DNA from: Macrostomum lignano
Lineage: Eukaryota
Direction of reading: 5' to 3'
Length of the DNA stretch: 64,000 nt
Assembly (NCBI GenBank): GCA_002269645.1
Contig: NIVC01003533.1
Location: 22,266-86,265 of the forward strand
Shown here piece by piece: positions 1 to 10,619 of the stretch (positions are counted from its first letter, which is position 1; the number at the start of each line of letters is the position of its first letter). Under the pieces are notes generated by a model. It was not told the origin of the DNA, ran no database searches, and worked only from the letters and a program-made list of their open reading frames with translations. The position numbers were made by a program, and so were the translations under genes.

Positions 1-1134
1 TCAACTCCAGCTGACCAGTTAGATGAATCAGTGACAACTCCAGCTGACCAGTTAGATGAATCAGTGACAACTCCAGCTGACCAGTCTGCTGAATCGGGGA
101 CAACTCCAGCTGACCAGTCTGCTGAATCGGTGTCAACTCCAGCTGACCAGCCAGCTGAATCGGTGACAACTCCAGCTGACCAGTCTGCTGAATCGGGGAC
201 AAATCCAGCTGACCAGTCTGCTGAATCGGGGACAACTCCAGCTGACCAGTCAGCCGAATCGGTGGCAACTCCAGCTGACCAGTCTGCTGAATCGGTGACA
301 ACTCCAGCTGACCAGTCTGCTGAATCGGTGTCAACTCCAGCTGACCAGTCAGATGAATCGGGGACAACTCCAGCTGACCAGTCAGATGAATCGGTGACAA
401 CTCCAGCTGACCAGTCAGCCGAATCAGTGACAACTCTAGCTGACCAGTCTGCTGAATCGGGGACAACTCCAGCTGACCAGTCAGATGAATCGGTGACAAC
501 TCCAGCTGACCAGTCAGATGAATCGGGGACAACTCCAGCTGACCAGTCAGATGAATCGGTGACAACTTCAGCTGACCAGTCAGCCGAATCAGTGACAACT
601 CTAGCTGACCAGTCTGCTGAATCGGGGACAACTCCAGCTGACCAGTTAGCCGAATCAGTGACAACTCCAGCTGACCAGTCTGCTGAATCGGTGACAACTC
701 CAGCTGACCAGTCTGCTGAATCGGTGTCAACTCCAGCTGACCAGTCAGATGAATCGGGGACAACTCCAGCTGACCAGTCAGATGAATCGGTGACAACTCC
801 AGCTGACCAGTCAGCCGAATCAGTGACAACTCTAGCTGACCAGTCTGCTGAATCGGGGACAACTCCAGCTGACCAGTTAGCCGAATCAGTGACAACTCCA
901 GCTGACCAGTCAGCCGAATCAGTGACAACTCCAGCTGACCAGTCAGCCGAATCAGTGACAACTCCAGCTGACCAGTCAGCCGAATCAGTGTCAACTCCAG
1001 CTGACCAGTCAGCTGAATCGGTGTCAACTCCAGCTGACCAGTCTGCTGAATCGGGGACAACTCCAGCTGACCAATCTGCTGAATCGGGGACAACTCCAGC
1101 TGACCAATCTGCTGAATCGGGGACGACTCTAACG
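1..1134 (+). repeat. 33-bp tandem repeat (~34 units, consensus GTG ACA ACT CCA GCT GAC CAG TCT GCT GAA TCG), runs off the window start
   Basis: The unit is directly visible and its length is divisible by 3. Confidence 0.95.
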
Positions 1135-1140
1135 ATTTAA
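1..1140 (+). CDS. Possible 3' part of an acidic Ser/Thr-rich repeat protein, (V/G)TTPADQSAES x ~34
   Basis: Only one plus frame is stop-free across the array. Unit variants include synonymous changes (tct/tca, gct/gcc, tca/tcg). The frame ends in TAA at 1138-1140. There is no start or homology evidence. Confidence 0.4.
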   Translation, partial: STPADQLDESVTTPADQLDESVTTPADQSAESGTTPADQSAESVSTPADQPAESVTTPADQSAESGTNPADQSAESGTTPADQSAESVATPADQSAESVTTPADQSAESVSTPADQSDESGTTPADQSDESVTTPADQSAESVTTLADQSAESGTTPADQSDESVTTPADQSDESGTTPADQSDESVTTSADQSAESVTTLADQSAESGTTPADQLAESVTTPADQSAESVTTPADQSAESVSTPADQSDESGTTPADQSDESVTTPADQSAESVTTLADQSAESGTTPADQLAESVTTPADQSAESVTTPADQSAESVTTPADQSAESVSTPADQSAESVSTPADQSAESGTTPADQSAESGTTPADQSAESGTTLTI

Positions 1141-1609
1141 AAAGTGATTTTTTCTCATAAAAATGGCATTATTGAAGTCGTACCTTTCAATTTTGCAATT
1201 CGATCGATCCATTCGTTAGTTAGTTTGTTTAGTGTCGTTTACTGTCGTAATTTCATATTTGTAACAACTTTATGTTCTATTGATATATAATCTCCGTTAA
1301 AAAAAGAAAAAATGTTTCCTTTAGGCAATAATGACTCGCTTGACAGTGGTGCGCTCGTAGAATTAAGTCTGACGTTTTGAAAGTGGCGCGTCAACTTTGT
1401 CAATTGCTTTATTACACTGTCGTTTGAAAGACTGGCATCCAATTCAATCTCAATTCATATACCTTCAATTTCGCATTAAGTCTTTTGTGAATGCGATTGC
1501 TTCTTCTGTGAGTATTTTCGTGCCTTCAATCAATAAAGAATCATAAAACAGTTTAGTTTAGGGATGTGAACTATGAAGATTAGGTCAAGACAAAGAAACT
1601 TTATGAATT

Positions 1610-2832
1610 TGTGGTGATCCAGCGTAGCTAGCATAGGCTGCTCCTGGGATCCCCTCTTAGTCAGTTAGTGCTTGGGCTGCAGCAGTGGGAGCTGGGCATA
1701 GGGCTGTCCCTTCCTCCTCTTCCCTTGTGCAGGCTCAGGTGTGCAGCTGTCGCGGGACAGGGAGAGAAACTCTCTCCCCCTCTCCCCCTGGCGCAGTCTG
1801 CAATGGGCTAAAAATAGAAACATTAGTCAGTGGGATATTTCTCCTTTAGTACAGGCTTATTTAGTCAGCGGGAGTGAGAGCATAGCTCTCCGCCCGGGGT
1901 AGGATTTCGTGGGGTCTTGGTTGCACTCCTTGCATGCGGCAACATGCAAGCAGTGTACCAGCAGGCCATGCGGAGGCTGCATGATGAGGCAGATGTCTTA
2001 TGGACATCTCCAAGATCGCTCCTGGCTCCGGGTAGTCCACGGAACTGCCATGGGATCTGCCACGGAACTGCCTCTGAGCTTCCCATTGGCCCTGAGACCC
2101 CCGAATTTTAGTATAAATACAGAGTAGGTGAAGGCCCAAAGAGACCATCCTCTCGGAGACCGCCTGCTTGGCTTCGAGCAAAGGCTAGTATTCCTAGATG
2201 CTTTTCCTAGACGAACTAGCTTAGGCAGATCGCTAGACGCTTTTCCTAGGGATAACCTGCTAACAAATCTTTGTTGCAGCTGCCATTTGCTCATTAAGAT
2301 TGCCGCAGGTCTTTGTGTCAGCAGCTCGCCAGACCTTCAACACCGTCTGGACCTGGTCTCGTGGCCTACAACCTACACTGTTGGGCAACATCAACTGACG
2401 CACAGTACAGCTTAGGGCGTTTACTGCGACACCAGTTGAGCTACTAAACGATATTTTAGGATCGGCCTGTGACCGTTACTCACATTAATAAATGTTTAAC
2501 TGACTTGTTTGTCTTATTTATTTTCTACTTATCAGTAGGCCTACCTAGGGGTAACCTGTCGAGGATATCACCTGTAGACCTACAAGGTGGCAGCAACCCA
2601 ACTACCAATACTCGGTTATTATCTAACTGTACTCAGTGGAGACTAAGAGGGGTTAATTCGGACCATAGTGCTAGACCACTCAGGCCAGCTACCGGCCGTG
2701 CTAGATAGCGAGGACAGACAGAGGAAGCAGTAGGCACAGCCATAACACTGGTGGCAGCGGTGGGATAACAAGACCTACCCGACCACCCAGGGAAATCCTT
2801 GTTATATCTCAGGCGAAAGCCACGGCATAACA
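1610..2832 (+). repeat. 5' LTR (1223 bp)
   Basis: Runs TGTGG...TAACA and matches 9397-10619, with identical spurious ORF translations in both copies. TATAAATA at 2112-2119 and AATAAA at 2487-2492. Confidence 0.97.
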
Positions 2833-2833
2833 C

Positions 2834-2851
2834 TGGTGGCAGCGGTGGGAT
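2834..2851 (+). promoter_or_regulatory. Primer-binding site complementary to the tRNA-Leu 3' end
   Basis: TGGTGGCAGCGGTGGGAT lies 1 nt after the LTR. It is the reverse complement of ...ATCCCACCGCTGCCA-CCA, typical of metazoan tRNA-Leu(AAG/TAG) as recalled. Confidence 0.85.
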
Positions 2852-2916
2852 CCGGTAAAACGACCACGTCAATCCTTCGTCCACCTACGTCTTAGTCTCA
2901 CTTAGTAATCATAGCA

Positions 2917-3884
2917 ATGTCTATTGCCAGCAGTCGTGCTTCAATGGCACCACCTGACGATGGTGCTGGAGCAGGAGCTGAGGAACCGGTACTAGGCGAA
3001 CGTCTTGATCGTCTCGCTGATGCACTGGAGCGCCAGCTTGGTATAGGCCAAGTCAGGCAGCATGTCAAGATGGCTAAATACACGCCATCCCAAGACATCC
3101 GCACGTGGATCAAAGCCTTCGATCTTCGCTGCGATACCGAAGACATTCGTGCCTGCCACAGGAAGGCGGAGTTGCTCGCCAACCTTGACGTGCACACGGC
3201 GTATGCTTCGGTCCTGCGCCTGAACTTGCCAGACCATCTGGAGTACGAAGAGTTTAAGGAAGCGCTGATTGAGAGATTCTCAAAGAGAGGCGGCTCACAG
3301 GAATTCCGAGAAGATTTCCGCTGCCGAACTCAGCGCAAGAACGAGGACATTGACGAGTTTGCAGATGCTCTCCGCGAACTCGGAGAACTCGCTTATCCTT
3401 ATCTCTTGCCAGCTCAGCTCGAATCAGAACTTGTTGATCAGTTCCTGAAAGGTGTCAGAACTACAATTGAGGCGAGAGAACGGCTGTACTGGGGTCGTCC
3501 AGAGACTCTACAGGACGCCAAGTTCGCCTTCAAGCGCATCGAGACAGCGCGTGAGCTTGCTGCCCGCAGCAGTAAAGACGCACCCTGTCGCAGCCTGGTG
3601 GGGACAAAGCTACGGTTCCCCGACAGGACGATGAGCTTAAGAATCTAATCAGGCATCAGAATGAGGTTCTGCAGAAGCAGCAGCAGATGCTTGAGCAGCT
3701 TCTCAAGCAGACGCCAGCCGCACCTGTCAGAGATAGGCTGCAAGGCATTGTGTGCCACGAGTGCGGCAAACCAGGCCACAAGAGGCCTGACTGTCCTAAG
3801 TTCAAGGCTCAGAAGCCGGGAAACGTCCGGGCGGGGGTTGCCAACCAAAACCCTCTCCAGGGCCAACCCCCGAAGTCGCACTAA
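2917..3884 (+). CDS. gag: Gag with CCHC zinc knuckle; one frameshift near 3600
   Basis: ORF 2917-3648 is capsid-like and continues in frame 3 into CHECGKPGHKRPDC (CX2CX4HX4C). One extra G in the GGGG run at 3600-3603 joins the two frames. Confidence 0.88.
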
Positions 3885-3898
3885 AGCAGTCTGGAGAG
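3818..3898 (+). promoter_or_regulatory. -1 programmed ribosomal frameshift signal (slippery heptamer plus H-type pseudoknot)
   Basis: G GGA AAC at 3818-3824 is in gag phase, followed by a 7-nt spacer. Stem 1 is 3832-3840/3864-3872 (9 bp) and stem 2 is 3853-3860/3891-3898 (8 bp). The pol frame is -1 and open from 3800. Confidence 0.85.
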
Positions 3899-6800
3899 TC
3901 TGGCGATACCGTAGACTCTTCCTTTGTAAATAATGTATATAACTCTGGTGCTGATCCTTATGTAACTGCGCTTATTTTCGGCCAACAGGTTCCCTTGCTT
4001 CTCGACAGCGGGAGCAGACTGAACCTGATGGGCCTTTCTACTTGGCGATTGTTATCGCGCAGTACTGCACATGCATGCGTAGTTACACCTACTTATTCCG
4101 ATCGTATTCTAACCTATGATGGTTCTGAATTACAGCTAACCGGTAAGGTTATGCTTGATGTTGTCTTCGGAGATTTCTCAGCTGAAGCTGAATTCTACAT
4201 TGTAAGCGGCGATCAGGAGAATCTCCTAGGCATTGATTTTATGAGGAAGCACTGTCGGACCTTGGAGTTCCAGACAGGAATGCTTACCCTCACTACTGGT
4301 ACTTGTGTACCCGTGCGCTATACGCGCCGTGAGCCAACCTCGTGCAGAGTCTATGTTGCCGGAAAACATCAGATTCCTGCTCGAAGTTCTGGCCTCATAT
4401 CTGTGCAACTGGCACGTGGCAAAGAATCGAATTATGGAGTGCCAGCAGTGGTTGAACCACTCAGATCTGGACTCCGCGCTGGGCTTTCCCAGGTCCGCGC
4501 ATCTGCAGCATTGGTAACGATGCATGAAGGCAAAGGCTGCATGGAAGTTGTTAATCCTAACAACTTTCCAGTTAATATAGCCAAAGGAGCCTTGGTGGGC
4601 CTTGCCACACCGCTCCGGACGCAAGACCTCGAGTACTATCCAGAACTGAAAGCAACACCTGTGCGCAAGTTGCACCTAGACGATAACATCAATTCAGCCA
4701 GTGACGATTGGATCAATGAGATAGAGATAGGCGATTCGATCACGGAGGACCAGAAGTCCCAGGTTCGAGAGCTGATCAGAGAGTCGCGTAATGCGTTCTC
4801 CACGCACACTCTTGATCACGGTCTGACTCACCTGGTGACCCATCAGATCGTCATGCGAGACGAGACTCCAGTTAGGATCCCAGCTCGCAGGGTTCCCCCG
4901 CACCTACAAGATCAGGTCAATCAGCTGCTAGATGAGATGCTAGAGAAGGGCTTGATCAGGCCATCTTATTCAAGCTACAGCTCTCCTATCTTAGTAGTGC
5001 CTAAGAAGGACAAATCTGTCCGCATAGTCCATGACTATCGCGAGCTGAATGAGAATGCGAATATCGCCCGTATCCGTTGCCATCTATCCAGGAGACGTTT
5101 GCATGTCTCCGTGGATCTCAATGGTTCAGCAGCTTGGATCTTGCTCAAGGGTTCTATCAGATCCCGTTGCGTGAAGAGGATCGTTTTCGCACAGCCTTCT
5201 CAGTGATCAATCGAGGTCAGTTTGAGTTCAACGTCTTGCCTATGGGGCTTCGCGATAGCCCTGGAGCCTTCCAGCGATGCATCAATATGCTGCTAGACGG
5301 TATCACTAAGTTCGCCTTAGGATACATGGATGACATTGTCATTCATAGTATTGCCTTCGAGGAGCACCTCGAACATCTTCGCGAAATGTTCAGGCGGCTC
5401 ATTGAAGCCAATCTTAAGCTAAAGCCACGCAAATGCCATCTGTTTAAGACAGAGTTGCACTATCTCGGACATGTAGTCGATAGACGAGGCATTAGGACTA
5501 ATGAAGACAAGGTACAGCAGATACTAGACTGGCCGCGTCCTCAGACAGTCAAGCAGCTGCAGAGCTTTCTAGGTCTCTGTAACTACTATGCCAAATTCGT
5601 CAAGAATTACGCCGAAATTGCTGCCCCGTTGCATCAATTGACTCGGAAGAACCTTGTTGGGTTCAAGGGGCTCTGGACAGAGCAACACTCGAAAGCTTTC
5701 GATGAGCTCAAGAAGAAGCTGTGCTCTACTGAGGTCCTCGCGTACCCAGAGTACAACACAGACCCAGACACAGTCTTCGTCCTGGATTGTGATGCCTCCG
5801 GTTTCCGAATCGGCGCCTGTTTAGGCCAGCGCCAATCCGATGGTGCGGAGCGGCCTGTTGCCTATTTTAGTCGGAAATTGCGCGAGCCTGAAACGAGGTA
5901 CAACAACACCAAGCGTGAGCTTTTGGCCGTTGTTGACTCGATGAGGCATTTTCGATATTACTTAATCGGCAAGAGATTTGAGGTTAGAACAGACCACAGG
6001 GCTCTTCTTTGGCTCATTCGCCAGACTGAAGCCGAAGGGATCTTGGGTCGTTGGGTCGAACGGCTAAGTGAATTCGACTTTGCTGTCATTCATCGGAAGG
6101 GAAGTTTGCACCAGAACGCAGACAGCTTATCAAGAAAGCCGGACGGTCCGGAGTTCGATGACTGTCGTCCTGGAGCACGGACACCCAACCAGACAGAAAA
6201 TGAGGCCACTGTACCCTCAGCCCTCGATTAGTCGAAGACGCCGACCAAGTAACATCCAGCAGTTCTGCCTCGCAGGAATCTCGTATTGCCGTCGCCGGCT
6301 CATCATGTTGTCCCTCAGTGGACCGATGTCCGACACCCGTTATTGCGGCCGTTTCTGCCGACTCAACATGTTGTTCCTCAGTGAACCGTTGTTCGGCTGG
6401 AGCGTCCGAGGCTGTCTGCCAGACTGATGCGACATGTTGTCCCTCAGTGGACCGCCGCTCAGAATGGGCAGCCAAGGTTGCTGGTTTAGCTGTGGACTTT
6501 GCCCCAGTTGGACGCCACACTACCGCACCTACGGCCATAGAAGCTGTTCGCCCTCGTGTCTCAGGTGACCTGACCGCAGGAATCCGGACCGACGACGCAG
6601 CAAGGCCATTATCTGCTTCAATAACGGAATCAGCGAACCGTAGCGTTAGTGAGGATGTTCCTCCACGCTGTCGTGTTCTGCTTAGTGATTTTCTGTCCGA
6701 ACCTCTGAAGCGAGACCAACTGCTCCTCGAGCAGCAGAAGGACCCGGACATTGAGTTCGTCAGAAATCTTTTAGCGACTAGTTCGCCCAAGCCGTCCTTT

Positions 6801-9189
6801 GACGCCCGACTACGTCTTAGTAGGGATACGCGCAACCTACTAGGCTACTTTGAGATGTTGCGGCTAGTAGACAACCTGCTCGTCTACGATGAAGACATAG
6901 CAGACCGTCCACCGCGCATTGTGCTGCCGAAGAGTCTAGATGACCAGGTGTTCAAAGAGCTCCATGATGCTCCCTTGAGTGGACACCTTGGCGAAACTAA
7001 GACCTATCTTCGGGTTAGACAAAGGTTTTGGAGGCCGTCTTTGAGCAAAGCGGTTAAGGCCTACGTGGCCCGATGTCGAGTTGCCTGGAGAGCAAGACTC
7101 GCCGTCGCGAAGCCGTGCCCGTGCAGAGCTTCCCAGTCTGTGAAGTATGGGACGGCTACACTGCGACGTTGTCGGCCCAATCTCGCAGCCTTCGCGAGCT
7201 GGCCACCGCTATATTCTGACTCTGTGCGATGCTACTTCAAAATACCCTTTTGCGTTCCCTATGCGGAACCAGAAGACCAAGACCGTAGTCAAGATTCTTC
7301 AGGAAAGATTGTTTCCGGAGTACGGTGTACCAGCGTGGCTGCACACCGACCAAGGAACGAATTTCACTGGAAAGGACTTTAAGAAGTTTTGTGAGCTGTA
7401 CGGCATTAGGCACACGACTACAACGCCGTATAATCCTAGTTCGAATGGCCAGGTGGAAAATCTCAACAAGACAATCAAGAGTGTACTCACGTGCTTGCTG
7501 GAGAAGAATCACCAAGATTGGGATACCTTCCTCCCAGCATGCATGATCGCTCTGCGATCTAGCGTTCACCCGGTTACAGGGTTTACGCCCTACTTCTTGG
7601 TCTTTGGAAGAGAATTCCGGATGCCCATTGATAATGAGCTTCGGGTCCCACCTGAATATCCGGACTTGCCAACGTACGTCCAAGACTTCCAGAAGAGACT
7701 AGAGGAAGCTAATCAGTTAGCCCAGGACCGTGTGAAGCTGCATCAAGAACTTCGCGATGAACATTATGAGAATCGCCCGAAGGCCAAGCAGCTCTCACCG
7801 GGTGACCTAGTCTTCCTGAACAATCCAGTCTTAGATCAGTCTTGGGAAGCGCAGAAATTTCACAGACCGCGCAAGGCTGTGTATGAAGTAGTAGAGCGCA
7901 AAGGAGAAGTTGTCTACAAGATCAGACCTCGCCTCCGGAATCCTAGGGCTCGTCGAGAGGAGTTGGTGGTGCACCGTCGCAATATGCTACCGGTTCCGCA
8001 AGCTGACTATCCAGAGCCAGCTGGCCGGGCAGCTGAGCACCGTGCTGGGCCGCCGCGTAAGCCTCGCGTTGCCATAGAAACCACTGCCTCTCAGAATACC
8101 GGCGAAGTCGCCGATGACGTTGACGAGCTCGATGACGATAATAACGACTGGGCTCCGCGCTACTTTCTGCGTCCGGCCGCAGCACTAGCAGCGATCCCAG
8201 AAGTCGCCGAACCTGAAATGAATAAAAATGGGGTAGCTGTTCATGAGCAACCTGAAACACCTAGGGACATAGAACAGCCCGAAGCGGTGCCCCCGGACCC
8301 TCAGCCTGTTGCTGAGCGCCCGCGGAGAGACCGCCGAGCCCCAGATAGACTAATAATGAATCCTAGAGCTAAATCTTATGTTGCTAGGATCAGGGATGCG
8401 CTCGCCTCTTCAATAAGGCGCTTCTTTCCGCATTCCAGCACCATCATGAGCGAGGACGAGATGCCTCTAGAGCAGCAGCTCTCTCTGTCAGCTTCGAACG
8501 ACTCTTTCGAGCCGATCGAGTCATCATCACCGCGTCCCGATGAAGGGCGGGTGAAGACCCAGCCAACGCCAATACCGTCTGGCCCGCCGGTTACAGCGCC
8601 CATCGGCATTACCCGCCGTACATTATTGCGAGTCGACACGAACGTCCAGGCTGTGGCCGGGCCTCAAACAGAGCCAACCCCTAGGAAGACGGCCCTGTTG
8701 GAGAAGCCCCCGGCCAGAGGCCGGGCAGCGGCAGGACCATCGAGGAGTCGCTCCCGGCAGCGCGCGGCCAACTGGCAGCCCGCTGGACGGCCGACGGCCT
8801 TGGAAAGGCTGGGAGGGCGAAGCCGCTCCCCTCCTAGCAAGGTGGCACCGGCCAGCAGTGGCGGGACGGCCTGTAGCAGCCAGTCGCAGCCGGCCAGGGA
8901 GCCTATCAAGCAGATGATCGCGGCCATTCTGCTGAAAGCCGCGTATACCGGAGAAGTAACGGCCTGGTCCACACCGCAAACCATTGCACTAAAGGCTATG
9001 GCCGAGGATGAGCGGCGCGCCCTCATCAACGAAGCCTTCACGAGAACGCGCTCTTTGCTCATGCCATATCGGCATTACGCCGTGGCGTTGGAGGCCGCAG
9101 TACGCAGAGCAGCTCAAGATCTCGGCCGCATGCCGGCCCTATCAGCCGAGGCCCTCGCTCTGCTGAATACGGCGAGGCCGGCCCATTAA
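3818..9189 (+). CDS. pol: Pol polyprotein (PR-RT-RNase H-IN plus long C-terminal extension), interrupted by four apparent 1-nt deletions
   Basis: Protease LLDSGS; RT SSLDLAQGFYQI...GYMDD; RNase H DCDASG...ELLAVV...TDHRAL; integrase HxxxxxxGH...CxxC, LHCDVVGP, DQGTNF, NGQVE. Frame breaks near 5067, 6204-6229, 7081 and 7149. Confidence 0.93.
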
Positions 9190-9384
9190 TGGAGACGCTC
9201 GTCTACAGTAGCTCATTGTGGGGCATAAGGCCTCACAGGCGTATTGGCTCAGGCCTTTCAGTATAACTATCAGCTTCTGTGTATTGGCCTATGGCCTTTC
9301 TCTAATTGATACCTACATGACTTATTAAATACATTGACTTACCTTACTTGATGAAGAACCTCCTGGTGTCGCTTCTTCTTTTTC

Positions 9385-9396
9385 AGGTGGGGTGGG
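9385..9396 (+). promoter_or_regulatory. Polypurine tract
   Basis: AGGTGGGGTGGG lies immediately before the 3' LTR. Confidence 0.7.
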
Positions 9397-10619
9397 TGTG
9401 GTGATCCAGCGTAGCTAGCATAGGCTGCTCCTGGGATCCCCTCTTAGTCAGTTAGTGCTTGGGCTGCAGCAGTGGGAGCTGGGCATAGGGCTGTCCCTTC
9501 CTCCTCTTCCCTTGTGCAGGCTCAGGTGTGCAGCTGTCGCGGGACAGGGAGAGAAACTCTCTCCCCCTCTCCCCCTGGCGCAGTCTGCAATGGGCTAAAA
9601 ATAGAAACATTAGTCAGTGGGATATTTCTCCTTTAGTACAGGCTTATTTAGTCAGCGGGAGTGAGAGCATAGCTCTCCGCCCGGGGTAGGATTTCGTGGG
9701 GTCTTGGTTGCACTCCTTGCATGCGGCAACATGCAAGCAGTGTACCAGCAGGCCATGCGGAGGCTGCATGATGAGGCAGATGTCTTATGGACATCTCCAA
9801 GATCGCTCCTGGCTCCGGGTAGTCCACGGAACTGCCATGGGATCTGCCACGGAACTGCCTCTGAGCTTCCCATTGGCCCTGAGACCCCCGAATTTTAGTA
9901 TAAATACAGAGTAGGTGAAGGCCCAAAGAGACCATCCTCTCGGAGACCGCCTGCTTGGCTTCGAGCAAAGGCTAGTATTCCTAGATGCTTTTCCTAGACG
10001 AACTAGCTTAGGCAGATCGCTAGACGCTTTTCCTAGGGATAACCTGCTAACAAATCTTTGTTGCAGCTGCCATTTGCTCATTAAGATTGCCGCAGGTCTT
10101 TGTGTCAGCAGCTCGCCAGACCTTCAACACCGTCTGGACCTGGTCTCGTGGCCTACAACCTACACTGTTGGGCAACATCAACTGACGCACAGTACAGCTT
10201 AGGGCGTTTACTGCGACACCAGTTGAGCTACTAAACGATATTTTAGGATCGGCCTGTGACCGTTACTCACATTAATAAATGTTTAACTGACTTGTTTGTC
10301 TTATTTATTTTCTACTTATCAGTAGGCCTACCTAGGGGTAACCTGTCGAGGATATCACCTGTAGACCTACAAGGTGGCAGCAACCCAACTACCAATACTC
10401 GGTTATTATCTAACTGTACTCAGTGGAGACTAAGAGGGGTTAATTCGGACCATAGTGCTAGACCACTCAGGCCAGCTACCGGCCGTGCTAGATAGCGAGG
10501 ACAGACAGAGGAAGCAGTAGGCACAGCCATAACACTGGTGGCAGCGGTGGGATAACAAGACCTACCCGACCACCCAGGGAAATCCTTGTTATATCTCAGG
10601 CGAAAGCCACGGCATAACA
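9397..10619 (+). repeat. 3' LTR (1223 bp)
   Basis: Copy of 1610-2832, followed by the AATT TSD. Confidence 0.97.

Larger units (their letters stand above)
1610..10619 (+). mobile_element. Full-length Ty3/Gypsy LTR retrotransposon, recently inserted
   Basis: Two TG...CA LTRs at a constant offset of 7787. A 4-bp TSD AATT (1606-1609, 10620-10623), PBS and PPT are present. Domain order is gag, then PR-RT-RH-IN. Confidence 0.97.

Noticed and set aside
1861-2884. Short ORFs inside the LTRs (also 9648-10620)
   Set aside because: They overlap on both strands with no recognisable motifs; they are by-products of LTR sequence.
8446-9189. env gene
   Set aside because: No signal peptide, furin-site/fusion-peptide arrangement or transmembrane segment.
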